Origin: the human T2T-CHM13v2.0 reference genome, Homo sapiens
NCBI RefSeq assembly: GCF_009914755.1
Contig: NC_060943.1
Strand: one strand, 5' to 3'
Length of the DNA stretch: 64,000 nt
In this document: positions 34,663 to 49,795 of the stretch, one piece after another
Layout: each line of letters begins with the position of its first letter
How positions within the stretch are numbered: position 1 is the first letter of the stretch
Made by a program: the position numbers and the translations under genes
Notes under the pieces: model-generated
Told to the model about the DNA's origin: nothing
The model's database searches: none
What the model saw: the letters and a program-made list of their open reading frames with translations, nothing else

Positions 34663-37600
34663 CGTGAGAGAGAGACAGAAGTCGGCACACAGACACGCAC
34701 TGCGCGTGCACACACACAGACACACACACAGACGCACCCCCCCCAACACACACACACACACACCCATGACGAACACACACGTACAGCAGGGAACACCCTC
34801 CCGCAGGCAGCCCCTGAAGCTGCCGGGTTCTGCTCTCCGCGACTGAGAGCCACCGGTGAGAGAGCAGCCCACGGGCACGCAGGCGGACCTGTGCTCGTCA
34901 TCACAAGGGCTCCACTTTTGGGGAGACTCACCCGCACACCGTCCGCGCACGCCTGAGGCTGGGATCCCGCGCTGCCTCGCCGGCGATCTGTCTGAGGTTT
35001 CTTCCTCCTGGGGTTTCTTCCTGCTGCTGGACCCTCCGCGAATCCCGGCCTCCGGAGACCGTCCTGGTAACTGCCCTGGCCAGGACTGGTCTCAGCCCAG
35101 ACTCAGACGCACGATCACACAGGGCTCCTACTTCCCCAAGTGTCAGGGACCCATCCCCGGGCAACGGTGGCTTTCACTGTGACCCAAGCGGCGGCTCGGG
35201 CCTCGCGCATGCGCGCTGGCGAGGCCGACTCCCCCGCTCCACCCCCCCTTACTCCGCAGAGTCAGGCTGCGGACCCTTTAAAAAATGGCGGCGACGCGGC
35301 GGCTGCGGGGCCTGGGGCAGCGGTGCTGGAGGTTGCGGCGGCGGCGGCGAAGGCGCAGCCCGAGGCGGCGGGTGGGAAGAGGACTGCCAGAGGGGCCTGC
35401 GGGAGACCCAGGGTCGGACCCATAGGAGTCCTGTGGTGAGGACCTCCTTGATCGCTCTTCTGCTTCGGTTCCCGCGAAAGGAGGAGCTTCGGGATGCCGG
35501 CTGGGCTGCGCGGACTCCTCTTGGGGTCCAATGATGGATCCAACCGGGTGATCGGGAATGGGGTTCCAATGCAGTGAGGCCGAAAGGGTCTCGCCGGGGC
35601 ACAGAAAGATCCCCAGGGCCGCAAGGCGTGCTGTCGGCTGCAAAGGCACCGACCCATGAGCCCACTGCCTCCCTCCCTCCTGGCAGGAGCAGGGGCCTGC
35701 CTTCATCTCCAAGGCCCGAGGGCTCCGGCATCCCGACGCGGCTTCCGGCGACACGGGCAAAGAGAGACAGAGGCGAGTCCGAGCTGGTGCCAGCGTGTCC
35801 ACATGTGGCACTGTCGTCCCCCAAGAGCACATGCAGGCAGCGTGTGTCTTTGAGGCCGTAGGGGGCGACGACGAGACGGACAGTGATGTCCAGGCGTGCG
35901 CCCGGGGGGCCACTGGAGACCTGCCCCACAAAGCGGAGGAAAAGCCAAGCGCACCTGAAAACCTGCGAGACAGGGCCTGTGCGCGAGTCCACGCCACGTT
36001 CAGGGAGGCCCGCCAGAGGAGCCGAGAGGTTTGGACAAAGTACACCCCACCCCCAGCCCACCGCCGGCTAGGTACCCCTGACGCAACCTCCCCTGCACCC
36101 AGCCAAAACCCAGTCCCGTTGGCTCCCTGACATCCGTGGCAGCCAAAAGATTCGGTGCTAGAAGGCACTTTCCCCAGGAGCGGAGGAACCGGTTGGCCCT
36201 CAAGAATCAGAGAGGAAGTGCAGGTGGGATGCAACACCGCCTTTCCTAGAAGGCCAATGTCAGGAGCGGTGGGCTTGCCTCCGCCTCTTCCTGGACCGAG
36301 CGTGCAGCCATCACTTGGGCCATGGAGACCGAGAGAGCTTCCCTGTCCCACACAGGTATGGAAGCCCAGAGCTCCAAGATCACCACAGCTGCCCAATCAT
36401 CCAGAAAGAGGTGTGGAGAGGGAAACAATCATGACGCGGACCGCCACGAGGTTTCTCCCTGATGGACGGGGAAGTCTTCTTTGTGGAAGACACTGAGCCA
36501 CACTAAGAAGCCGCCAGGCTTCTCAGAGACGGGGCAGACACAGCAAGAGGGAGGTCAGAGCAGACGCCAGAGCACAGGCAGGATACGGGGGGACCATGCC
36601 ACCACCACCGGCATCCGGGGAGGAGTGTCAAACGGGTGACTCGGCCAGGAAGGCCAGCCTTTGAGAGACAGACATGCTTGCCGCCCCATCCCCTTGCCGG
36701 CTTCCTTCTCCGTCCCTGCGTCTAGCTGTGGCTACATTTCTCGATGAGGGCAGAGGGCGACAGGCGTGACAACCACCTTCTTGAAGCTCTGCGGGCACCC
36801 TCCTGCGGGTGGACAATGAGCGCCTGGGAGGCCGTTGTCCTTGGTTGGGGAGCGCTCGTCTGGATCCAGCCTAGCAAAGAGGCTGCTCCGGATGGGGAGG
36901 GGATGAAAACCCTGCGGGTCCGACGCCCATGCCCACGTTGCCCAGGCCTTCACAGACCCCCAAACTGGAACCGCCGGGACGACGACTGCCAACCGGCCAC
37001 ACGACCCAGGCAGAGACGCGGGGACACGCTGACCAGAAGAAAGGCCGACGTGCAAGAAACCCACCCTCCGGCGCACAGGGCCCATGTGTCCCAAGGCGCA
37101 CGCACACACAGACGGACAGAGACAGAAAGAGAGGGCGACCGAAAGAGCGAGAAGGGAGAGAGACAGAGAGAGAGAGAGACAGAGAGAGACGTGAGAGAGA
37201 GACAGAAGTCGGCACACAGACACGCACTGCGCGCGCACACACACAGACACACACACAGACGCATCCCCCCAACACACACACACACACACCCATAACGAAC
37301 ACACACGTACAGCAGGGAACACCCACCCGCAGGCAGCCCCTGAAGCTGCCGGGTTCTGCTCTCCGCGACTAAGAGCCACCGGTGAGAGAGCAGCCCACGG
37401 GCACACAGGCGGACCTGTGCTCGTCATCACAAGGGCTCCACTTTTGGGGAGACTCACCCGCACACCGTCCGCGCACGCCTGAGGCTGGGATGCCGCGCTG
37501 CCTCGCCGGCGATCTGTCTGAGTTTTCTTCCTCCTGGGGTTTCTTCCTGCTGGTGGACCCTCCGCGAATCCCGGCCTCCGGAGACCGTCCTGGTAAATGC

Positions 37601-39665
37601 CCTGGCCAGGACTGGTCTCAGCCCAGACTCAGACGCACGATCACACAGGGCTCCTACTTCGCCAAGTGTCAGGGACCCATCCCCGGGCAACGGTGGCTTT
37701 CACTGTGACCCAAGCGGCGGCTTGGGCCTCGCGCATGCGCACTGGCGAGGCCGACTCCCCCGCTCCACCCCCCCTTACTCCGCAGAGTCAGGCTGCGGAC
37801 CCTTTAAAAAATGGCGGCGACGCGGCGGCTGCGGGGCCTGGGGCGGCGGTGCTGGAGGTTGCCGTGGCGGCGGTGGCGGCGCAGCCCGAGGCGGCGGGTG
37901 GGAAGAGGACTGCCAGAGGGGCCTGCGGGAGACCCAGGGTCGGACCCATAGGAGTCCTGTGGTGAGGACCTCCTTGAGCGCTCTTCTGCTTCGGTTCCCG
38001 CTGAAGGAGGAGCTTCGGGATGCCGGCTGGGCTGCGCGGACTCCTCTTGGGGTCCGATGATGGATCCAACCGGGTGATCGGGAATGGGGTTCCAATGCAG
38101 TGAGGCCGAAAGGGTCTCGCCGGGGCACAGAAAGATCCCCAGGGCCGCAAGGCGTGCTGTCGGCTGCAAAGGCACCGACCCATGAGCCCACTGCCTCCCT
38201 CCCTCCTGGCAGGAGCAGGGGCCTGCCTTCATCTCCAAGGCCCGAGGGCTCCGGCATCCCGACGCGGCTTCCGGCGACACGGGCAAAGAGAGACAGAGGC
38301 GAGTCCGAGCTGGAGCCAGCGTGTCCACATGTGGCACTGTCGTCCCCCAAGAGCACATGCAGGCAGCGTGTGTCTTTGAGGCCGTAGGGGGCGACGACGA
38401 GACGGACAGTGATGTCCAGGCGTGCGCCCGGGGTACCTGCCCCACAAAGCGGAGGAAAAGCCAAGCGCACCTGAAAACCTGCGAGACAGGCCTGTGCGCG
38501 AGTCCACGCCACGTTCAGGGAGGCCCGCCAGAGGAGCGGAGAGGTTTGGACAAAGTACACCCCACCCCCAGCCCGCCGCCGGCTAGGTACCCCTGACGCA
38601 ACCTCCCCTGCACCCAGCCAAAACCCAGTCCCGTTGGCTCCCTGACATCCGTGGCAGCCAAAAGATTCGGTGCTAGAAGGCACTTTCCCCAGGAGCGGAG
38701 GAACCGGTTGGCCCTCAAGAATCAGAGAGGAAGTGCAGGTGGGATGCAACACCGCCTTTCCTAGAAGGCCAATGTCAGGAGCGGTGGGCTTGCCTCCGCC
38801 TCTTCCTGGACCGAGCGTGCAGCCATCACTTGGGCCATGGAGACCGAGAGAGCTTCCCTGTCCCACACAGGTATGGAAGCCCAGAGCTCCAGGATCACCA
38901 CAGCTGCCCAATCATCCAGAAAGAGGTGTGGAGAGGGAAACAATCATGACGCGGACCGCCACGAGGTTTCTCCCTGATGGACGGGGAAGTCTTGTTTGTG
39001 GAAGACACTGAGCCACGCTAAGAAGCCGCCAGGCTTCTCAGAGACGGGGCAGACACAGCAAGAGGGAGGTCAGAGCAGAGGCCAGAGCCCAGGCAGGATA
39101 CGGGGGGGCCATGCCACCACCACCGGCATCCGGGGAGGAGTGTCAAACGGGTGACTCGGCCAGGAAGGCCAGCCTTTGAGAGACAGACATGCTTGCCCCA
39201 TCCCCTTGCCGGCTTCCTTCTCCGTCCCTGCGTCGAGCTGTGGCTACATTTCTCGATGAGGGCAGAGGGCGACAGGCGTGACAACCACCTTCTTGAAGCT
39301 CTGCGGGCACCCTCCTGCGGGTGGACAATGAGCGCCTGGGAGGCCGTTGTCCTTGGTTGGGGAGCGCTCGTCTGGATCCAGCCTAGCAAAGAGGCTGCTC
39401 CGGATGGGGAGGGGATGAAAACCCCTGCGGGTTCGACGCCGATGCCCACGTTGCCCAGGCCTTCACAGACCCCCAAACTGGAACCGCCGGGACGACGACT
39501 GCCAACCGGCCACACGACCCAGGCAGAGACGCGGGGAGAGGCTGACCAGAAGAAAGGCCGACGTGCAAGAAACCCACCCTCCGGCGCACAGGGCACATGT
39601 GTCCCAAGGCGCACGCACACACAGACGGACAGAGACAGACAGAGAGGGCGACGGAAACAGCGAGA

Positions 39666-39704
<39 letters not shown>

Positions 39705-40112
39705 GACGTGAGAGAGAGACAGAAGTCGGCACACAGACACGCACTGCGCGCGCACACACACAGACACACACACAGACGCACCCCCCCAACACACACACAC
39801 ACACCCATAACGAACACACACGTACAGCAGGGAACACCCACCCGCAGGCAGCCCCTGAAGCTGCCGGGTTCTGCTCTCCGAGACTAAGAGCCACCGGTGA
39901 GAGAGCAGCCCACGGGCACACAGGCGGACCTGTGCTCGTCATCACAAGGGCTCCACTTTTGGGGAGACTCACCCGCACACCGTCCGCGCACGCCTGAGGC
40001 TGGGATCCCGCGCTGCCTCGCCGGCGATCTGTCTGAGGTTTCTTCCTCTTGGGGTTTCTTCCTGCTGGTGGACCCTCCGCGAATCCCGGCCTCCGGAGAC
40101 CGTCCTGGTAAC

Positions 40113-42196
40113 TGCCCTGGCCAGGACTGGTCTCAGCCCAGACTCAGACGCACGATCACACAGGGCTCCTACTTCGCCAAGTGTCAGGGACCCATCCCCG
40201 GGCAACGGTGGCTTTCACTGTGACCCAAGCGGCGGCTTGGGCCTCGCGCATGCGCACTGGCGAGGCCGACTCCCCCGCTCCACCCCCCCTTACTCCGCAG
40301 AGTCAGGCTGCGGACCCTTTAAAAAATGGCGGCGACGCGGCGGCTGCGGGGCCTGGGGCGGCGGTGCTGGAGGTTGCGGCGGCGGCGGTGGCGGCGCAGC
40401 CCGAGGCGGCGGGTGGGAAGAGGACTGCCAGAGGGGCCTGCGGGAGACCCAGGGTCGGACCCATAGGAGTCCTGTGGTGAGGACCTCCTTGATCGCTCTT
40501 CTGCTTCGGTTCCCGCGAAAGGAGGAGCTTCGGGATGCCGGCTGGGCTGCGCGGACTCCTCTTGGGGTCCGATGATGGATCCAACCGGGTGATCGGGAAT
40601 GGGGTTCCAATGCAGTGAGGCCGAAAGGGTCTCGCCGGGGCACAGAAAGATCCCCAGGGCCGCAAGGCGTGCTGTCGGCTGCAAAGGCACCGACCCATGA
40701 GCCCACTGCCTCCCTCCCTCCTGGCAGGAGCAGGGGCCTGCCTTCATCTCCAAGGCCCGAGGGCTCCGGCATCCCGACGCGGCTTCCGGCGACACGGGCA
40801 AAGAGAGACAGAGGCGAGTCCGAGCTGGTGCCAGCGTGTCCACATGTGGCACTGTCGTCCCCCAAGAGCACATGCAGGCAGCGTGTGTCTTTGAGGCCGT
40901 AGGGGGCGACGACGAGACGGACAGTGATGTCCAGGCGTGCGCCCGGGGGGCCACTGGAGACCTGCCCCACAAAGCGGAGGAAAAGCCAAGCGCACCTGAA
41001 AACCTGCGAGACAGGGCCTGTGCGCGAGTCCACGCCACGTTCAGGGAGGCCCGCCAGAGGAGCCGAGAGGTTTGGACAAAGTACACCCCACCCCCAGCCC
41101 GCCGCCGGCTAGGTACCCCTGACGCAACCTCCCCTGCACCCAGCCAAAACCCAGTCCCGTTGGCTCCCTGACATCCGTGGCAGCCAAAAGATTCGGTGCT
41201 AGAAGGCACTTTCCCCAGGAGCGGAGGAAGCGGTTGGCCCTCAAGAATCAGAGAGGAAGTGCAGGTGGGATGCAACACCGCCTTTCCTAGAAGGCCAATG
41301 TCAGGAGCGGTGGGCTTGCCTCCGCCTCTTCCTGGACCGAGCGTGCAGCCATCACTTGGGCCATGGAGACCGAGAGAGCTTCCCTGTCCCACACAGGTAT
41401 GGAAGCCCAGAGCTCCAAGATCACCACAGCTGCCCAATCATCCAGAAAGAGGTGTGGAGAGGGAAACAATCATGACGCGGACCGCCACGAGGTTTCTCCC
41501 TGATGGACGGGGAAGTCTTCTTTGTGGAAGACACTGAGCCACACTAAGAAGCCGCCAGGCTTCTCAGAGACGGGGCAGACACAGCAAGAGGGAGGTCAGA
41601 GCAGACGCCAGAGCACAGGCAGGATACGGGGGGACCATGCCACCACCACCGGCATCCGGGGAGGACTGTCAAACGGGTGACTCGGCCAGGAAGGCCAGCC
41701 TTTGAGAGACAGACATGCTTGCCGCCCCATCCCCTTGCCGGCTTCCTTCTCCGTCCCTGCGTCGAGCTGTGGCTACATTTCTCGATGAGGGCAGAGGGCG
41801 ACAGGCGTGACAACCACCTTCTTGAAGCTCTGCGGGCACCCTCCTGCGGGTGGACAATGAGCGCCTGGGAGGCCGTTGTCCTTGGTTGGGGAGCGCTCGT
41901 CTGGATCCAGCCTAGCAAAGAGGCTGCTCCGGATGGGGAGGGGATGAAAACCCTGCGGGTCCGACGCCCATGCCCACGTTGCCCAGGCCTTCACAGACCC
42001 CCAAACTGGAACCGCCGGGACGACGACTGCCAACCGGCCACACGACCCAGGCAGAGACGCGGGGACACGCTGACCAGAAGAAAGGCCGACGTGCAAGAAA
42101 CCCACCCTCCGGCGCACAGGGCCCATGTGTCCCAAGGCGCACGCACACACAGACGGACAGAGACAGAAAGAGAGGGCGACCGAAAGAGCGAGAAGG

Positions 42197-42230
<34 letters not shown>

Positions 42231-44704
42231 CGTGAGAGAGACAGAAGTCGGCACACAGACACGCACTGCGCGCGCACACACACAGACACACACACAGACG
42301 CATCCCCCCAACACACACACACACACACCCATAACGAACACACACGTACAGCAGGGAACACCCACCCGCAGGCAGCCCCTGAAGCTGCCGGGTTCTGCTC
42401 TCCGCGACTAAGAGCCACCGGTGAGAGAGCAGCCCACGGGCACACAGGCGGACCTGTGCTCGTCATCACAAGGGCTCCACTTTTGGGGAGACTCACCCGC
42501 ACACCGTCCGCGCACGCCTGAGGCTGGGATGCCGCGCTGCCTCGCCGGCGATCTGTCTGAGTTTTCTTCCTCCTGGGGTTTCTTCCTGCTGGTGGACCCT
42601 CCGCGAATCCCGGCCTCCGGAGACCGTCCTGGTAAATGCCCTGGCCAGGACTGGTCTCAGCCCAGACTCAGACGCACGATCACACAGGGCTCCTACTTCG
42701 CCAAGTGTCAGGGACCCATCCCCGGGCAACGGTGGCTTTCACTGTGACCCAAGCGGCGGCTTGGGCCTCGCGCATGCGCACTGGCGAGGCCGACTCCCCC
42801 GCTCCACCCCCCCTTACTCCGCAGAGTCAGGCTGCGGACCCTTTAAAAAATGGCGGCGACGCGGCGGCTGCGGGGCCTGGGGCGGCGGTGCTGGAGGTTG
42901 CGGCGGCGGCGGTGGCGGCGCAGCCCGAGGCGGCGGGTGGGAAGAGGACTGCCAGAGGGGCCTGCGGGAGACCCAGGGTCGGACCCATAGGAGTCCTGTG
43001 GTGAGGACCTCCTTGATCGCTCTTCTGCTTCGGTTCCCGCTGAAGGAGGAGCTTCGGGATGCCGGCTGGGCTGCGCGGACTCCTCTTGGGGTCCGATGAT
43101 GGATCCAACCGGGTAATCGGGAATGGGGTTCCAATGCAGTGAGGCCGAAAGGGTCTCGCCGGGGCACAGAAAGATCCCCAGGGCCGCAAGGCGTGCTGTC
43201 GGCTGTAAAGGCACCGACCCATGAGCCCACTGCCTCCCTCCCTCCTGGCAGGAGCAGGGGCCTGCCTTCATCTCCAAGGCCCGAGGGCTCCGGCATCCCG
43301 ACGCGGCTTCCGGCGACACGGGCAAAGAGAGACAGAGGCGAGTCCGAGCTGGAGCCAGCGTGTCCACATGTGGCACTGTCGTCCCCCAAGAGCACATGCA
43401 GGCAGCGTGTGTCTTTGAGGCCGTAGGGGGCGACGACGAGACGGACAGTGATGTCCAGGCGTGCGCCCGGGGTACCTGCCCCACAAAGCGGAGGAAAAGC
43501 CAAGCGCACCTGAAAACCTGCGAGACAGGCCTGTGCGCGAGTCCACGCCACGTTCAGGGAGGCCCGCCAGAGGAGCGGAGAGGTTTGGACAAAGTACACC
43601 CCACCCCCAGCCCGCCGCCGGCTAGGTACCCCTGACGCAACCTCCCCTGCACCCAGCCAAAACCCAGTCCCGTTGGCTCCCTGACATCCGTGGCAGCCAA
43701 AAGATTCGGTGCTAGAAGGCACTTTCCCCAGGAGCGGAGGAACCGGTTGGCCCTCAAGAATCAGAGAGGAAGTGCAGGTGGGATGCAACACCGCCTTTCC
43801 TAGAAGGCCAATGTCAGGAGCGGTGGGCTTGCCTCCGCCTCTTCCTGGACCGAGCGTGCAGCCATCACTTGGGCCATGGAGACCGAGAGAGCTTCCCTGT
43901 CCCACACAGGTATGGAAGCCCAGAGCTCCAGGATCACCACAGCTGCCCAATCATCCAGAAAGAGGTGTGGAGAGGGAAACAATCATGACGCGGACCGCCA
44001 CGAGGTTTCTCCCTGATGGACGGGGAAGTCTTGTTTGTGGAAGACACTGAGCCACGCTAAGAAGCCGCCAGGCTTCTCAGAGACGGGGCAGACACAGCAA
44101 GAGGGAGGTCAGAGCAGAGGCCAGAGCCCAGGCAGGATACGGGGGGGCCATGCCACCACCACCGGCATCCGGGGAGGAGTGTCAAACGGGTGACTCGGCC
44201 AGGAAGGCCAGCCTTTGAGAGACAGACATGCTTGCCCCATCCCCTTGCCGGCTTCCTTCTCCGTCCCTGCGTCGAGCTGTGGCTACATTTCTCGATGAGG
44301 GCAGAGGGCGACAGGCGTGACAACCACCTTCTTGAAGCTCTGCGGGCACCCTCCTGCGGGTGGACAATGAGCGCCTGGGAGGCCGTTGTCCTTGGTTGGG
44401 GAGCGCTCGTCTGGATCCAGCCTAGCAAAGAGGCTGCTCCGGATGGGGAGGGGATGAAAACCCCTGCGGGTTCGACGCCGATGCCCACGTTGCCCAGGCC
44501 TTCACAGACCCCCAAACTGGAACCGCCGGGACGACGACTGCCAACCGGCCACACGACCCAGGCAGAGACGCGGGGAGAGGCTGACCAGAAGAAAGGCCGA
44601 CGTGCAAGAAACCCACCCTCCGGCGCACAGGGCACATGTGTCCCAAGGCGCACGCACACACAGACGGACAGAGACAGACAGAGAGGGCGACGGAAACAGC
44701 GAGA

Positions 44705-44743
<39 letters not shown>

Positions 44744-47700
44744 GACGTGAGAGAGAGACAGAAGTCGGCACACAGACACGCACTGCGCGCGCACACACAC
44801 AGACACACACACAGACGCACCCCCCCAACACACACACACACACCCATAACGAACACACACGTACAGCAGGGAACACCCACCCGCAGGCAGCCCCTGAAGC
44901 TGCCGGGTTCTGCTCTCCGAGACTAAGAGCCACCGGTGAGAGAGCAGCCCACGGGCACACAGGCGGACCTGTGCTCGTCATCACAAGGGCTCCACTTTTG
45001 GGGAGACTCACCCGCACACCGTCCGCGCACGCCTGAGGCTGGGATCCCGCGCTGCCTCGCCGGCGATCTGTCTGAGGTTTCTTCCTCTTGGGGTTTCTTC
45101 CTGCTGGTGGACCCTCCGCGAATCCCGGCCTCCGGAGACCGTCCTGGTAACTGCCCTGGCCAGGACTGGTCTCAGCCCAGACTCAGACGCACGATCACAC
45201 AGGGCTCCTACTTCGCCAAGTGTCAGGGACCCATCCCCGGGCAACGGTGGCTTTCACTGTGACCCAAGCGGCGGCTTGGGCCTCGCGCATGCGCACTGGC
45301 GAGGCCGACTCCCCCGCTCCACCCCCCCTTACTCCGCAGAGTCAGGCTGCGGACCCTTTAAAAAATGGCGGCGACGCGGCGGCTGCGGGGCCTGGGGCGG
45401 CGGTGCTGGAGGTTGCGGCGGCGGCGGTGGCGGCGCAGCCCGAGGCGGCGGGTGGGAAGAGGACTGCCAGAGGGGCCTGCGGGAGACCCAGGGTCGGACC
45501 CATAGGAGTCCTGTGGTGAGGACCTCCTTGATCGCTCTTCTGCTTCGGTTCCCGCGAAAGGAGGAGCTTCGGGATGCCGGCTGGGCTGCGCGGACTCCTC
45601 TTGGGGTCCGATGATGGATCCAACCGGGTGATCGGGAATGGGGTTCCAATGCAGTGAGGCCGAAAGGGTCTCGCCGGGGCACAGAAAGATCCCCAGGGCC
45701 GCAAGGCGTGCTGTCGGCTGCAAAGGCACCGACCCATGAGCCCACTGCCTCCCTCCCTCCTGGCAGGAGCAGGGGCCTGCCTTCATCTCCAAGGCCCGAG
45801 GGCTCCGGCATCCCGACGCGGCTTCCGGCGACACGGGCAAAGAGAGACAGAGGCGAGTCCGAGCTGGTGCCAGCGTGTCCACATGTGGCACTGTCGTCCC
45901 CCAAGAGCACATGCAGGCAGCGTGTGTCTTTGAGGCCGTAGGGGGCGACGACGAGACGGACAGTGATGTCCAGGCGTGCGCCCGGGGGGCCACTGGAGAC
46001 CTGCCCCACAAAGCGGAGGAAAAGCCAAGCGCACCTGAAAACCTGCGAGACAGGGCCTGTGCGCGAGTCCACGCCACGTTCAGGGAGGCCCGCCAGAGGA
46101 GCCGAGAGGTTTGGACAAAGTACACCCCACCCCCAGCCCGCCGCCGGCTAGGTACCCCTGACGCAACCTCCCCTGCACCCAGCCAAAACCCAGTCCCGTT
46201 GGCTCCCTGACATCCGTGGCAGCCAAAAGATTCGGTGCTAGAAGGCACTTTCCCCAGGAGCGGAGGAAGCGGTTGGCCCTCAAGAATCAGAGAGGAAGTG
46301 CAGGTGGGATGCAACACCGCCTTTCCTAGAAGGCCAATGTCAGGAGCGGTGGGCTTGCCTCCGCCTCTTCCTGGACCGAGCGTGCAGCCATCACTTGGGC
46401 CATGGAGACCGAGAGAGCTTCCCTGTCCCACACAGGTATGGAAGCCCAGAGCTCCAAGATCACCACAGCTGCCCAATCATCCAGAAAGAGGTGTGGAGAG
46501 GGAAACAATCATGACGCGGACCGCCACGAGGTTTCTCCCTGATGGACGGGGAAGTCTTCTTTGTGGAAGACACTGAGCCACACTAAGAAGCCGCCAGGCT
46601 TCTCAGAGACGGGGCAGACACAGCAAGAGGGAGGTCAGAGCAGACGCCAGAGCACAGGCAGGATACGGGGGGACCATGCCACCACCACCGGCATCCGGGG
46701 AGGACTGTCAAACGGGTGACTCGGCCAGGAAGGCCAGCCTTTGAGAGACAGACATGCTTGCCGCCCCATCCCCTTGCCGGCTTCCTTCTCCGTCCCTGCG
46801 TCGAGCTGTGGCTACATTTCTCGATGAGGGCAGAGGGCGACAGGCGTGACAACCACCTTCTTGAAGCTCTGCGGGCACCCTCCTGCGGGTGGACAATGAG
46901 CGCCTGGGAGGCCGTTGTCCTTGGTTGGGGAGCGCTCGTCTGGATCCAGCCTAGCAAAGAGGCTGCTCCGGATGGGGAGGGGATGAAAACCCTGCGGGTC
47001 CGACGCCCATGCCCACGTTGCCCAGGCCTTCACAGACCCCCAAACTGGAACCGCCGGGACGACGACTGCCAACCGGCCACACGACCCAGGCAGAGACGCG
47101 GGGACACGCTGACCAGAAGAAAGGCCGACGTGCAAGAAACCCACCCTCCGGCGCACAGGGCCCATGTGTCCCAAGGCGCACGCACACACAGACGGACAGA
47201 GACAGAAAGAGAGGGCGACCGAAAGAGCGAGAAGGGAGAGAGACAGAGAGAGAGAGAGACAGAGAGAGACGTGAGAGAGAGACAGAAGTCGGCACACAGA
47301 CACGCACTGCGCGCGCACACACACAGACACACACACAGACGCATCCCCCCAACACACACACACACACACCCATAACGAACACACACGTACAGCAGGGAAC
47401 ACCCACCCGCAGGCAGCCCCTGAAGCTGCCGGGTTCTGCTCTCCGCGACTAAGAGCCACCGGTGAGAGAGCAGCCCACGGGCACACAGGCGGACCTGTGC
47501 TCGTCATCACAAGGGCTCCACTTTTGGGGAGACTCACCCGCACACCGTCCGCGCACGCCTGAGGCTGGGATGCCGCGCTGCCTCGCCGGCGATCTGTCTG
47601 AGTTTTCTTCCTCCTGGGGTTTCTTCCTGCTGGTGGACCCTCCGCGAATCCCGGCCTCCGGAGACCGTCCTGGTAAATGCCCTGGCCAGGACTGGTCTCA

Positions 47701-49761
47701 GCCCAGACTCAGACGCACGATCACACAGGGCTCCTACTTCGCCAAGTGTCAGGGACCCATCCCCGGGCAACGGTGGCTTTCACTGTGACCCAAGCGGCGG
47801 CTTGGGCCTCGCGCATGCGCACTGGCGAGGCCGACTCCCCCGCTCCACCCCCCCTTACTCCGCAGAGTCAGGCTGCGGACCCTTTAAAAAATGGCGGCGA
47901 CGCGGCGGCTGCGGGGCCTGGGGCGGCGGTGCTGGAGGTTGCGGCGGCGGCGGTGGCGGCGCAGCCCGAGGCGGCGGGTGGGAAGAGGACTGCCAGAGGG
48001 GCCTGCGGGAGACCCAGGGTCGGACCCATAGGAGTCCTGTGGTGAGGACCTCCTTGATCGCTCTTCTGCTTCGGTTCCCGCGAAAGGAGGAGCTTCGGGA
48101 TGCCGGCTGGGCTGCGCGGACTCCTCTTGGGGTCCGATGATGGATCCAACCGGGTGATCGGGAATGGGGTTCCAATGCAGTGAGGCCGAAAGGGTCTCGC
48201 CGGGGCACAGAAAGATCCCCAGGGCCGCAAGGCGTGCTGTCGGCTGCAAAGGCACCGACCCATGAGCCCACTGCCTCCCTCCCTCCTGGCAGGAGCAGGG
48301 GCCTGCCTTCATCTCCAAGGCCCGAGGGCTCCGGCATCCCGACGCGGCTTCCGGCGACACGGGCAAAGAGAGACAGAGGCGAGTCCGAGCTGGTGCCAGC
48401 GTGTCCACATGTGGCACTGTCGTCCCCCAAGAGCACATGCAGGCAGCGTGTGTCTTTGAGGCCGTAGGGGGCGACGACGAGACGGACAGTGATGTCCAGG
48501 CGTGCGCCCGGGGGGCCACTGGAGACCTGCCCCACAAAGCGGAGGAAAAGCCAAGCGCACCTGAAAACCTGCGAGACAGGGCCTGTGCGCGAGTCCACGC
48601 CACGTTCAGGGAGGCCCGCCAGAGGAGCCGAGAGGTTTGGACAAAGTACACCCCACCCCCAGCCCGCCGCCGGCTAGGTACCCCTGACGCAACCTCCCCT
48701 GCACCCAGCCAAAACCCAGTCCCGTTGGCTCCCTGACATCCGTGGCAGCCAAAAGATTCGGTGCTAGAAGGCACTTTCCCCAGGAGCGGAGGAAGCGGTT
48801 GGCCCTCAAGAATCAGAGAGGAAGTGCAGGTGGGATGCAACACCGCCTTTCCTAGAAGGCCAATGTCAGGAGCGGTGGGCTTGCCTCCGCCTCTTCCTGG
48901 ACCGAGCGTGCAGCCATCACTTGGGCCATGGAGACCGAGAGAGCTTCCCTGTCCCACACAGGTATGGAAGCCCAGAGCTCCAAGATCACCACAGCTGCCC
49001 AATCATCCAGAAAGAGGTGTGGAGAGGGAAACAATCATGACGCGGACCGCCACGAGGTTTCTCCCTGATGGACGGGGAAGTCTTCTTTGTGGAAGACACT
49101 GAGCCACACTAAGAAGCCGCCAGGCTTCTCAGAGACGGGGCAGACACAGCAAGAGGGAGGTCAGAGCAGACGCCAGAGCACAGGCAGGATACGGGGGGAC
49201 CATGCCACCACCACCGGCATCCGGGGAGGACTGTCAAACGGGTGACTCGGCCAGGAAGGCCAGCCTTTGAGAGACAGACATGCTTGCCGCCCCATCCCCT
49301 TGCCGGCTTCCTTCTCCGTCCCTGCGTCGAGCTGTGGCTACATTTCTCGATGAGGGCAGAGGGCGACAGGCGTGACAACCACCTTCTTGAAGCTCTGCGG
49401 GCACCCTCCTGCGGGTGGACAATGAGCGCCTGGGAGGCCGTTGTCCTTGGTTGGGGAGCGCTCGTCTGGATCCAGCCTAGCAAAGAGGCTGCTCCGGATG
49501 GGGAGGGGATGAAAACCCTGCGGGTCCGACGCCCATGCCCACGTTGCCCAGGCCTTCACAGACCCCCAAACTGGAACCGCCGGGACGACGACTGCCAACC
49601 GGCCACACGACCCAGGCAGAGACGCGGGGACACGCTGACCAGAAGAAAGGCCGACGTGCAAGAAACCCACCCTCCGGCGCACAGGGCCCATGTGTCCCAA
49701 GGCGCACGCACACACAGACGGACAGAGACAGAAAGAGAGGGCGACCGAAAGAGCGAGAAGG

Positions 49762-49795
<34 letters not shown>

